From the NCBI GenBank assembly GCA_002269645.1, contig NIVC01000143.1:248001-312000 (forward strand): DNA of 64,000 bases, read 5' to 3'. This document shows, in pieces, positions 36,421 through 48,559 of this stretch (positions are counted from its first letter, which is position 1; every line of letters starts with the position of its first letter). The stretch is from Macrostomum lignano (Eukaryota). The notes under the pieces were generated by a model that saw only the letters and a program-made list of their open reading frames with translations, was not told the origin of the DNA and did not search any database. The position numbers and the translations under genes were made by a program.

Positions 36421-37999
36421 ACTCAGCGTAACTTTTCTGGCAGTAAAAAGCCCTGCTGCAGTCAAAAGGAACCTTACATTTAAAATGCTTGCATGATAGC
36501 GATATTTCTTCCACAAAATACCCTTGTCTGCTTTATATAAAATATTCACAAGTGAATCTCACGGATAAAAGCATGGAGAGGAATCAACCACTATTCCTTC
36601 CTATAAAGTTTCTTAACGATGTTAAGAATAACATCGATGTCTTAAGGATGTCTTAACAACTCATTGGTCTGACTGCTTGAGTCGGCTTTTTTCAGCGAAT
36701 GCCTACAAACGCCTCGTGCAATGCAACATTCGAGCAGCAAAGCAGGCAATGGAACGTGGATTCCTTCACGATCGACTTGCACTTCACCTGCCAGCCTGCA
36801 ATTACAGCGAAACCTTAACTGGAACCTCATCATCAGCTGATCAAACCTGGTGAGCTATAGAGAGGCCAATACTACTGTACTCTGTCAGCAAAGCATTCAA
36901 GGAGCAAGAGTCGTTGGACCAGTAGCTCATCCGGCTGGCAGTGAGCTTCAGTGTAGCACTCAGCACTCAGCACTCAGCACTCTATATAAAGAATATGGCC
37001 TCTGTTTGCTAGTACACAATTTACCATTCGCATGTTCACTATCAGTTCAGATTTGTAAATCTTTACTCAAGCTATCTCTATATTGCTCAGCTCAATGAAT
37101 CTGCTTTGCTTAAACGCAGCTTCCATCGCGAAGCGCTTGAAACTTTTCCAATATGGTTTCGTTGTGGCTATCAACCCTGGCAGTCATTGAAAATTTACAG
37201 CTAAACGTAACTGCGTTCTTCACCAACGCTTTTTATCTGACCTTAAATATAGCTAGGTTTGGCACCCACGGCTGCTTTGTTGTCAACTATGGTGACAACT
37301 AGTTTGAATAATCTTTCGATGCTGTGGATCTGTGCACGCCGTACAGTATGCGAAATGGTGCCAACTTCATTAATTTACCATATTCATTTACCATATAGCT
37401 AACAGTTGAATAATCCGGCACCTCCGGCATATTTATTTGGCAATCGGTGAATATTTGTCACTGCCATGGCATATAACCAGGTTAGCAATGATACGGCTCG
37501 GTTCTCCGTTATTGTCAACAACTGGTACTATCCTGAATCCTGGTAGAATCCTGGTGAATCTTCCTGATCCCACTGAACCACTGCCAGAGATTATGAGGTC
37601 ATCCGATGCAATCGTCGATGCCCTCGGTTTTTTAAATTGCTCAGAAACATCCATCACAATTTGTTCCTGGTCAATAAATGATTCCACTGGAAACGAGAAG
37701 AACCATTTGACACATCACGATTAATTTACTTACAGCATCTCGAGGCTTCGTCTATGGTACGGAAAGTACACCGCGTCACTCGGTGTATCTATGACGATCG
37801 TTCAGCCTCCGGTGTGGTCAACTTCATAGCTGACTAATTGTCAAGACGCCGATTAGGCCCAGAAGTTTCGGTTTAAAACACCACGTTAAGCCTGAGTGTT
37901 GCAAACTTTACTGGCGACTTTGATATCAGCGAAGGAAATCTTACTGGATTCAAATTCTACTGGGCATGTTGTAGAGGAACCATAAAATTTCTATTTCCT

Positions 38000-39000
38000 A
38001 AGTCTTTACACACTGGTTGCTACGGAAATTGTATTGGCTTCATCTATAGTGGAAGGGCACCTGCTATAGAAATAAGCACCTATCATACGCTTCCAAACCA
38101 CTCTTATGCTGTTCGCGTCACAGCCAAGAAAGACAGTCGCCAAGATGCTGCACTTTTGAGCTTGCTGATTTTGCTACAGCCTGCGACCATTCTAAGCGCA
38201 AGGTAGAACATATGTCAGAATTATCGTTCATAATAAAAATCTGACACATATATTTGCTCATTATATCGGGAAAAATTATTTAAGTTTATCAGTATCAAAA
38301 ACTGTGACACATAATGAAGGCTTCAAGCAAGCATTATCAGGTTTCTTGTGTTCAGTTCTGTGGAACAAAATTCTCGAATTTCACGATTTCTTGGATAATG
38401 AGGCACTCGACTAATACCTTAACTCAGAGAAAGGTATTTGTTGGTAATTCATCGCTAACTTATATTATCAGCACTCCACTGATTGATGGTACGAGCTAAG
38501 ATTTAAAATTTCTGGAGTTTAAAGTACTCTGCAAATGCTGTGACGGAGATGCTGCTATAACAACCGTCATTGTCGTTAATATGGCAACACCTGGAGGCAA
38601 CTATGCACTCTTGCTCCACTTCCCGGATTTGCAATGGTGAAAAAGTTTAAGTTTTTATGCTTTGGCTGAAAAGAGTTCAACGTTACAGTCTGTCGACAGA
38701 ACTGAGAGTTCGCAATTTTCGATTTCAAGTTTCAAGCGAAAAAGGCAGCAGAACCTCTCCCCAGGTTTTCTTTTCAGTTGGATTGGAGACCGACAAATAT
38801 CGGGAAGAGAATGTCGTAGTTGCTTCTGTCAGTCTTGGAGACTCGCAAGGTTTCGTATTTGAACGGCAGGTAGTTTTTGTCTCGAATAAGGCTGAAATGT
38901 TCCTCCTACAAACTCCACTATAACTCCTTACTGGCATTTCAGGTTTTTCTGCCACCTGTGCCTGCTAAACAGTTGCTGACCAACACCAGGTCAATTTTCA
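38000..39000 (+). pseudogene. Possible highly degraded BEL/Pao pol remnant
   Basis: Only weak motif similarity (LWLKRVQRYSLSTEL resembles the BEL segment between RNase H and integrase). Confidence 0.3.
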
Positions 39001-39299
39001 ATGGAGAAACGACGAGTTTACAAAATTCTTGGACACTGGAAACCAGCAGGCAGCTTTAACGACTCTTAGCGTGCTCTTAAAGTACTTGTAGTTGATGAAA
39101 CAAGTCTATGAGCTAAGTCTGTTTTTAGAAATAAAGATAAATGTACTTAGTCCCGCTGATAGCGCGCAAAACGCGGCTGAGCTACGCTAGAGCAAGATTC
39201 AAGATTATGTTAATCCAGGAGATATAACAACTGGCTACAAGGATGGCCCTCAACAACGTGAACCCACCAGCACCGTTTCTGCCAGCAAGCGGGTCGTTG

Positions 39300-39600
39300 G
39301 CAGTCCCATGAAATTGATGGCTCGACGCCTTCGATGTCTTGAAGTGTTGCCGACTGGCTCGCGCAAATCTGGACTTCATCTGCTCGGTATCGAGGGGCAG
39401 CGGATAGCTCGGGCTCTAAATGCGAATTCCGATGAGCAGACTTTCTGTCAAACTCGAAATCTGCTGACGACCGTATTCGGCAACCAGTTGAATTTGATGC
39501 TTGCACGCCACAAATTCCGGGAACGTTATCAACTACCTGGAGATTACGCAGCCACCTTTGTCGCAGCACTGCGATAGCTGTCAGCCGATCTGTGCTACTT
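39300..39600 (+). pseudogene. Gypsy gag remnant
   Basis: LHLLGIEGQRI...VFGNQLNLMLARHKFRERYQLPGDYAATFVAALR is a typical retrotransposon gag core. Confidence 0.7.
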
Positions 39601-39749
39601 TCATAAGTTCGGCACAAAGTCCAGGCGTTGTTAAGTGCCTTGTCAATTTCAGGGAATCGGGCAGGCCGGCAGTCAGTGAATAGCTCGGCTGCCAGCAGCA
39701 GCAGCAGCCTGCTGCAGCCGACGGAACACCCTTCACTCGGGGCTGTGTC

Positions 39750-42700
39750 ATGAGGTTGAACCCTCGGGCCAATTGTTCAGGCCACACTCACCCGAGTAGC
39801 AGAAGACAGCCACCCATGGCCCGTTCTACCGGCTGTCTCGGGGGTCTGTCCTGGCCCATCAGCACGGTTTTATTTATCTGTGTTTTTCTTTGCTTGGCCC
39901 CTGACCGCCTCATTCTTCGCGCGGGGGACGTCAAAACCAACCCAGGCTCGTCCTGGCCGTGTGGCTCCTGCGGACAAAACGTGGGCAATTTCTCGGCCAT
40001 GCAATGCCGAAACTGCCTCGTTTGGACCCACAGCAACTGTGCCCTCCTCACCAAGATCCACCCAGATCCGACAACTCGCTAAACAAGACGGGGTGGATGG
40101 ACCTGCGAGACCTGTATGAAACCCGCGGCCCCACCAGACGGCAAATCTACCGACAGAGCGACCAGTCCTCCTGGAAACGGAATGCTAGGAATACCGACTG
40201 GACCGCCTTCAGGCTTGCCCTGGAGGAGACCTATCGTTGCACTAGCACTCCAGTCTCCATCAACACCTGCGAAGAAGCAGATGAATTTGCGGCCGCACTT
40301 ACGGACTCGCTCACTGCTGCCTTCGAAGCCTCATGCCCACTAAGGGCATATAAAGGCAAACAGTCGGCCCCATGGTGGAACCCGCAGCTTGGCGACCTCC
40401 GTCGCAGAGCCAAAAGGCTTCACCGCAGGGCCCAAAAAACTAAAAACCCGGCCGACCAAACCGCCTACCTGAACTCTATCCACGAGTTCAAGAGGCAGGT
40501 TAGGAACGCCAAAACCAACAAGTGGCGCGAAAACTGTGAGGAACTTGAGGGCTCCCGCCCCACCTCCAGAATCGTTAAAGCCCTCACCCTGGACAAAATG
40601 TCCAAACTCTCCTCAGTCAAGAGAGCCGACGGCTCGCTCACTGAGAACCCAGGAGAAACGCTGGAAGCGATGCTAACAGCGTTTTTCCCGAACGAGCCAG
40701 CCAGGCCCGACCCCCCTGATCACTCAGTGGGCGGACACGTACTGGCTGACTCAATCATCACGGAGGACCGCGTTACTAAAGCTGTCTCCTCCTTCAAACC
40801 CTTCAAATCCCCAGGACCGGACGGCGTTGTGCCAGCCTTCCTGCGGGAGGCTGTGAAATGCACCGGTTTCCTGGGGAACCTTTGCCGGCTTCTGAAAGGT
40901 TGCATTGTTCTCGGCTTTGTTCCGAAACCCTGGACCGAGGCCAAGGTGGTCTTTATCCCCAAGCCCGGCCGACCGGACTACCGGTCCATTAAATCCTTCA
41001 GACCAATTAGCCTCACCTCCTCATTGGTGAAGCTGTTAGAGAGACTGGTGCTCTGGCGCCTCCTCTCTGTGGAACTGAAGAACAAACCGCTCAGTGAGAA
41101 CCAGCATGCCTTTCGGGCAGGCAGGTCCACGGAGAGCGCGCTTCACGTTCTGGTTGACATGCTGGAGAAAGCCGTTCTTGGTAATGGCTACGCTCTCGCT
41201 GTCTTCCTCGACATTGTTGGAGCCTTTGATAATGTCCTCTTTGAGGCTTTTGACAGAGCTCTACGTGCTAGAGAAACCCACTCGCACCTCACCCGGTGGA
41301 TCATGTATATGATCAGCCACCGTACTGCCACCGCACACCTGTTGGGCCACCAACGGACGGTAACCGTCTGCAAAGGCAGCCTCCAGGGCGGTGTCCTCTC
41401 TCCAGTTCTCTGGAACATGGTCATCGATAAGCTCCTCCAGGACAGCCATCTTGACCCCATCCTCAAGGTCGGTTACGCCGATGATGTCACAGCCGTGGCA
41501 TCCGGACCGTCACCTGAAACCCTCGGGATCTTTTGCAAAACTTCATTCGCTCTGCTGAACGTTAGGCGGACGGGTGCGGCCTCAGGCTCTCCGAGACCAA
41601 AACTGTCGCGATCATGTTCACCAGCAGGGTAAACTGGCGTATTCGCCCACTAAAGCTTTACGGGGTGGAAATTCCATCCTGCAAGCAAACAAAGTTTCTC
41701 GGCGTTACGCTGGACCACCGGCTGAGCTGGTCCACCCACGTCCAGGCCAAAACCAAAAAGCCCTCGCGATTCTTGCGCAGCTGCGCAGAGCCGTCGGCAC
41801 CACCTGGGGCCTCACCCCAAAACGGCTCTGGTGGATCTATACCGCAATGGTCCGACCGGCCGTTACTTACGCCGGCCTGGTCTGGATCAGCGCCTTGCAG
41901 ATTAAAACCTGCCACGAAGCCCTCAAAAAGGTGCAGGGACGTGCATGCCGCATGATCCTGAATGCCCCGCTCTCTGCTCCCTTTGACGGCCTCAACGCCT
42001 TTCTTTGCCTCCCGCCTCTGGACATCTTTGTCCGTCGCGAGGCAGCTAAAACCACCCGCCGGCTCATCGAGGCTGGCGCTAGCTTCAAGCCACAAAGAGC
42101 GATGGCGAAGCGCAAGCTCCTGCCGCACTCTGACCTGTGCCTTAAAGTTCTGGAGGAGAGTGGGAGTGCGGCTGTCCTTTCGGACGCTGAACCGCGCTCC
42201 CTCAATCTCTACCAACGCTTCAAGGTCACTATCCCCTCCAGGGAGAACGCCAACGACAGCTGGGCCCCTCAGGAGGTTCACTGCTTCACTGACGGATCCT
42301 CCAAAGACGGTTTATCCGGCTTTGGAGTCTGTATCCTTATCAACGGCCGCGTGATTGCTACTCACGCCCAACACACTGGCAGACTCTCCAGCGTCTTCCA
42401 GAATGAAGTCCTTGCCATCAGCTCCTGTGCAGCTGAGCTCCACTGCAGGGACTTCAAGGACAGAAGAATTTTCTTCCACTCTGACAGCCAGGCCGCTTTG
42501 CAGGCCCTGTGTCACACCACTACGAACTCCCGAACAGTCCGCGACTGTATCGGGCAGCTCAACAAGCTGGCTCGGAGGAACACCGTCCGGCTCACGTGGA
42601 TCCCAGGACACGCCGGCTTCAAAGGTAACGAGCTCGCCGACTCCCTCGCTAAGGCGGGCTGTTCCGGCTCGCCCCTTGGCCCCGTGCCCCTGGCCCCCAT

Positions 42701-43278
42701 CCCCGCCACAGTCATTAATCGTCAGATTAACAACTGGGCGGACATCCTGCACTTGCGCAGATGGGATGGTATCTCCAACTGCCGCCAATCTCGTGCGGCA
42801 GTGCCCAATCCATCCCTCAAGCTGCGGAGAATCCTTTTGAATCAAAGTCGAAAAGATATCCGCGCTCTCACTATGACCTTCACAGGTCACGGTTGCTTTG
42901 CCAGGCACTGCTTCCTCCGATGTGTTCGCCGGAGTGAACTCTGCCCTTTCTGCAACCTCGTGAACGAAGACGCCAAGCACTTCGTCTGCTACTGCCCGGC
43001 CTTCAACCGAGACCGGCTCAACCACCTCGGGCCCAACCCGTCCCTGGACGACGTTTGCCGGCCCGAGAACATCCCACGGCTCATCCGGTTCCTCCGGGCC
43101 ACCAAACGAGCCTCCGTCTTCCCCACCGAAGACAACGCTGCAGACAGGACCGGCAGACCTCCCTGACCGGCCCCGCGCCCTAGCCTATGCGGGTCTTTCA
43201 GGGATTAGCGGAATGGGCGACGCTCGCCTCCCCGCTGCGTCTTCGGACCGCCCTGCAGCTAAGTCAAGTAAGTCAAGA
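39750..43278 (+). mobile_element. RNase H-containing LINE (LOA/R1-group-like RT) with an N-terminal 2A-like motif and PHD finger, no APE domain, one frameshift
   Basis: GDVKTNPGS plus CGSC...QCRNC..WTHSNC. RT motifs FKSPGPDG, RPISL, QHAFR, FLDIVGAFDNV, QGGVLSP, YADD. RH motifs FTDGS, FHSDSQAAL, WIPGHAGFKGNELAD. CCHC finger and tail (TAAGTCAAG)2. Confidence 0.9.
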
Positions 43279-43439
43279 CCAGTCCTGCCGTTATCACCAT
43301 TAACCGCTACGAGTCAGGAGGCGCACCTAAGCAGCCACCAGTCACTAACCGGGCGCAGACGGGCTGCCAGAAACGATCGGTAAAACCGGCCAGCAACGCC
43401 CAACCACAGAAACCACCGGCTAATGTCACCCAGCAGGCC

Positions 43440-45800
43440 CGTAACGGGATCATCATTCTACAACTTAACTTCAGTGGTATTGGAGCCAGAGCCACTGAAC
43501 TCGCCGTTGTTCTGGATCGGGAGAAACCCCACGCGGTCCTGCTTCAGGAAACCTTTCTCCACCAGCACTCCCGCCCTCCGTGCTTCCAACCCTACAACAT
43601 TGGCGGCCGCATAGACTATCGGAGCGAGGGGGGAGCGACCAATCAACCCAACCAAGGCGGGATTCTCACGATCATCCGGGACGACACCCCGGATGTGCTC
43701 CCACCCCATATCAACAACCAGGGGACGACGTGACTTACTGCAGCGATGTTACCAATTTCCCGAACAAAAGCCAATTGGTCACGCTCGTTAACGTTTACGT
43801 CCCTCCTGCTACCCGCGCACTCCACGACAAAAGTGCGGAATCGACCTTCAACCCGGAGGCAGTCCAAATCGGCAGGCATGCGATTGTTGCCGGAGATTTC
43901 AACGCTAACTCCAGCGCGTGGGGCCCTTCCCAACGCGAGGACTCCCTCGGGCGCAAACTAGAAGAATGGTGCACCCGTCTGAATCTGGAAATCCTTTATG
44001 ACGCGAGTTACACCCGCATTAACCCGGCCACTGGAAATAAATCTTCCCCGGACATCACTTTCGCCACGAGCGACCTGTCTCGTCAGGTCACCTGGTCCAC
44101 GGGCCCGAGTATCGGGCCCGATCAGCTGTCTATCTGGACCACCCTGTTTCGGAAAGCCACTCCCTACCAGAGCAAAAGAGCTGGCACAATTTCAAGAAAG
44201 CAGACTTGCGCTCGAGCCGAGTAACTTCCTGTGGAGACTTATCAAACAATACGATGGCCGCCTGCAACCCGCTCGTCCTGTGGCAATATTCTCTAAGACG
44301 GCAACTGCTCAATCTGCGACAAAAAACGCCGTCACTAATCGCCAAAAAGTCGAACTTTTCTTCGCCGACCATGCGGCAGTTTCAACACTTTGTAAAGATA
44401 AGGACGTCGACAGACCAATCATTGTAGAAGCCCATAGGGTGACAAACAACCTCTCATTGCTCCTGCGGGGTCTCAGATCGGTCATCTGTGCCCCTTTCAC
44501 CACCACTGAACTTAACTTGGCGACCCCGCAGATACAGAAGGGGAAATCGCCTGGGGTCGACGACATTTATAATGAACTGCTTAAACAGCTGAGCGACAAA
44601 GGCCGGGCCACCCTGCTTGAGCTTTTTAATCGAAGCTGGGCCACCGGCGAGGTCCCCGCTGCGTGGAGAGATCGTTGCACTCCTTAAGAAGGAGAAGGAC
44701 GCGAGCGCTATTAGCTCTTACAGGCCCATCTCCCTGCTCATCTGCGTTGGTAAACTAATGGAGCGACTGGTCACGAACCGGCTATATTTTTGGCTCGAGT
44801 CTCGTAACTTGTTAAATCGGGCCTGTTAAACCAGGCAGGTTTCCGCAAATTTCACTCTACCATGGATCAGCTTACACGCATCACCCAAGCGATTTTCGAC
44901 GCCTTAGAGCAAAAGAAACCGGAACGCGCCATTCTTTATTTTGCTGGACTTTGCTAAAGCCTTCGACCGGGTGTAGCGCCCGGCCCTGTACGCGAAAATG
45001 GCTCGGCTTGGCGTCCCGAAGCATGTTATTAGGTTCATCAAAAACCTCCTCTCAGACCGCGTTCCATGGGGCGGGGGGACGCGACATCCAACTGGAGTGT
45101 CTTTTCGGACGGATTGCCGCAAGGATCGGTCATTGAACCTCTGCTCTGGCTCGTCTACGTCCACGACATTGACGGCGGAATTGATGAGAGCGTCCACCAC
45201 TCGCTCTTTGCTGAAGACGCGGCACTTCTGGCAACGGGCTGGTCAATGGACGCCTGCGCCAAGAAGATTCAACCCGCTTGACCGTGTCGTGGTGTGGACA
45301 CAAGTGGAAAGCATCTCTGAGCCACTCAAAATGTGTTTTCTCCACCTTCACATTAAACCGCAGTGAATGCAGCGGAACAACCCTGCCAACTCTGCACATT
45401 GAGGGACAGGAGTTAACATATGATCCGTCACCAACGTTCCTTGGGCTCGCCTGGACGATCAACTGACGTTCGGAAACCATATCGAAGAGTGCGCCAAAAG
45501 ATGGCCACCAGGTGGCGGTGTCTGCAAACCCTCGCCGGCAAAGTCTACGGCGCCCACCGGAACACGCTACGCACTGCTTATACGGCCTACTTCAGATCGG
45601 TGTTTGATTACCGAGCCGCCATCTATTCAATATTCCAATCACGCTGCGCTTACTCTCATGGATAAGCTGGAAGACGAATAAATCAAGTGCGCACGCATCA
45701 TTACCGGATGCCTCGGAGTTAGTTACTGCCGCTCTCTGCTTGCCGAAGCAGACCTCCCGGCCCTCTACCTACAAGCCAAACAGCTAGCCTGTAACGAGTT
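43440..45800 (+). mobile_element. Degraded APE-RT LINE (I/Ingi-group-like)
   Basis: ILQLNFSG, VLLQET, GDFNA, SSPDITF (APE); KSPGVDDIYNELLK, SYRPISL, LLDFAKAFDRV, GLPQGSV, FAED (RT). Many frameshifts. Confidence 0.85.
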
Positions 45801-46799
45801 TGTTTGAATTATATGCCTGCCCGACAACGACCCGGCGCGGAAAACTGCTGTCACGTCGCCCCGCCGCCGCGCCTCCGCAGCAGGGCACACGAAGCTGCTG
45901 CAACTGCCTCGCTGATGACACATTCTTGCTTCAGCTGCGGCTGTTTCAGCTCGCTAGGCCCACCCGAAATCTAAGTCACCTTGTCGCCACAGTAAGATGC
46001 TGTGTGACTCAATTGGTTGTCTACCTTGCCTCACTGTTTCTTGTGTTTTCTGAATTTGCCTGCGTGTTCTACCTTTCCATTGGCTCTCAACTCCGTCAGT
46101 TCAGCTCGATGCCCGCAACTCTGCAGCTCTGCAACGCTGCCCTTGGATCAGATATCAGATTTTCGCAACGTCATGCAGCGAAGCTTCTTTAGCCAGCTCG
46201 GCATTGTGGGCTTTGTGGGCTTTCTTATTCCGGTGCTGATGAATCACTGCTCTTTGTGGCAGTGATCAGCCAGCATCGGTTTTTACAGACAATGAGAATT
46301 CAGATCAGCAGCTGCGAGCTACATTGTTGAAGTTCTTTGCAATGTTTTAGCACCCAGAAAGCATCAAACTAAATGGTTGAGAACTATTAGTGGGTTAATG
46401 AGTGTCGGTTAAGGCTACGGTAAAGGTTTTGATGCAAGCTATGGACGCTTTGATGGCGCCAGTTCCGCTCCGATTGCGAAGACCCGAGCAAGCAACTATC
46501 AGCATCCGTCAGTCGCCTGAAAGTAACTTTAACGAATCTGGCTGGGCCATTTTATTTTCGACCACTAAACAGGCCATTAGACAAGTGAAAACAAATTAAA
46601 GAACCTGGAGTCAAACAGATTGTGCGGCACCGAACAGTGACGCAAAGTAACTTTTAAAACAAAAGAACCGCTCGACATCCGGAATCAAAAACACATCGAA
46701 TGTTGGGGAATCTGAAAGAGACTCACGACCAGGGAATGTGGTTGCAGTCACAGAGGAAAGGAGAACCTGAGCAGACTGAGACGTGGAGTCATCAGCCAC

Positions 46800-47800
46800 C
46801 TGCTAAAGAAACTGATTCAAAGACGATGGAAAATTTCCTGACTGCAAGAAGTCAGGGCCGTGCATCCAGAGGGTGTTCGACCGCACACTGTCTGGTTGAC
46901 AGCCTCTAGATGGAATGTCGACTTGATTCTGAACGAAAAATTTATAAAGCTTATCTATGTAAGTGATCCAGCAGAGCGTTGTTAAACTGTCAGTTCAAAG
47001 AAAGCCATCAGCGCCTGGGAATTGCCGCGATACCAGGTGAATAAAGTACGCTATGGGATCAAGACTCCTAGCAACTCTAAGCGAGCACTTTAGAGATTCA
47101 ATAGCGGTGCAACGTGAGACTAAGCCATAATGAGCACCGTGTCGACGAAAACGTCGTCAGCTTCAGCAGTGCATAGATGCAAGTAGCAAAGTCCGACTCG
47201 CTAGCAACACAGGAGCCTTGCCGTTGATTTTTGTTGGCTTGGTACCAACTCGCGAAATAAAAAACTAGGAAACTCAATACGCAGTCATTCCAAGACTGCT
47301 GTCAGGATTGCAATGCCTGGGATGTGTCAGGTGGAAGAAGCTCATCCCAGTCGACTTCTCTGACACACAGCTGCTGAAGCAATATTTTGGCAGAGATTAC
47401 TGCTGGCGAAACTAGTCCAAGTGGATCGTACACTGAGACGCAGCTTGAGCTTGCTCAGTATTGAAAAATGCTCGCTGTGAACGCAAGCCGATTCACGACA
47501 GTACATACGAATGACATCACCACCCGAGCACGAGACGAGCCCAGGACCTTTTTGGTGTGACCCACATCTTGCTCTGGAAGATGCTGATTTAATGAAGCAG
47601 AATTCGACATCCACACACGCATATTTATAGCACCAACAAGATCAAACAATTTTTTCCTGTTGCTGTACACAGCCAAAGATACTGCGTCTCAACTGCAACT
47701 GATCACGAGATTATCGACGTAAAGGTCTTTCAAAACAATACTGGCACATCCCAAGGAAGCAGACGCAAAGGTAACCAGATTGCGGAGCACACCTGGCAAA
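46800..47800 (-). pseudogene. BEL/Pao pol remnant (RT to RNase H and linker)
   Basis: Minus-strand motifs DLYVDNL...KKLF...MRVWMSN, TDSLTTLCWI...KFFVQNQV and RG...LWMHGPDFL. Confidence 0.7.
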
Positions 47801-48559
47801 AATTGCAAACCGAATGATAGATTTGCTTATTCTCCGCCAAATTGGGCCACAGAAGCTAGCCTGAATAGAGATTTGGAGAAATTCCTTCTCTATGTCACTA
47901 AGAATAGCACCAGAAATTGCTACAGGATTATGACGGAAGCGCTTGAGAATCGCGGGAATTCGACGAATGTTTTGTGTGCTCGCCTGTAGCTTTCATGACA
48001 CAGCTATTATGAAGATAATGACAGACATTATCCTGCTGTATCCTGCTGTCAGCCACTTTCTAAATGACGCCCGTGGCTTCCTGTTCACGGATGATCTCAA
48101 ATACTCTCTTGACTGTACCTGGTTGGCGAGAGAGAGAGAGAGTGCGCATAGTCGAGTCCAAACGCTTGTACGCGAGATCAAAGTGATGACGTAGCCTGAG
48201 TGAGCCATCTGGATGCTTCCTAGGAAGCTTGCCTTCGTAGCCTCCATTAATTAGTTGCGGGTCACAAGCAAAGTAATCGATCAAGGACTGATATTGAATT
48301 TCTGAGATTACTTATCTTCTAGCTTCTAAGGGCTAGAATCGGGACAAGTCACAGTCAGAAGTGCCTGTCAGCAGGTCCGCAACAGTGCAGCAAAGAACTT
48401 AAGAAGCTTCGCTGAGCCCATTAGCTGCTGAATTGCTCAAGAGACTGCTAGAGCCCTCAAGGCAGCTTCACCGGCCCGCGAAGGACGAAACCTAACTTTG
48501 AGGATACAGCTGACGGTCCAGCCGATCCGCACGTCACGTCACCGCCTACAATATCGTAA

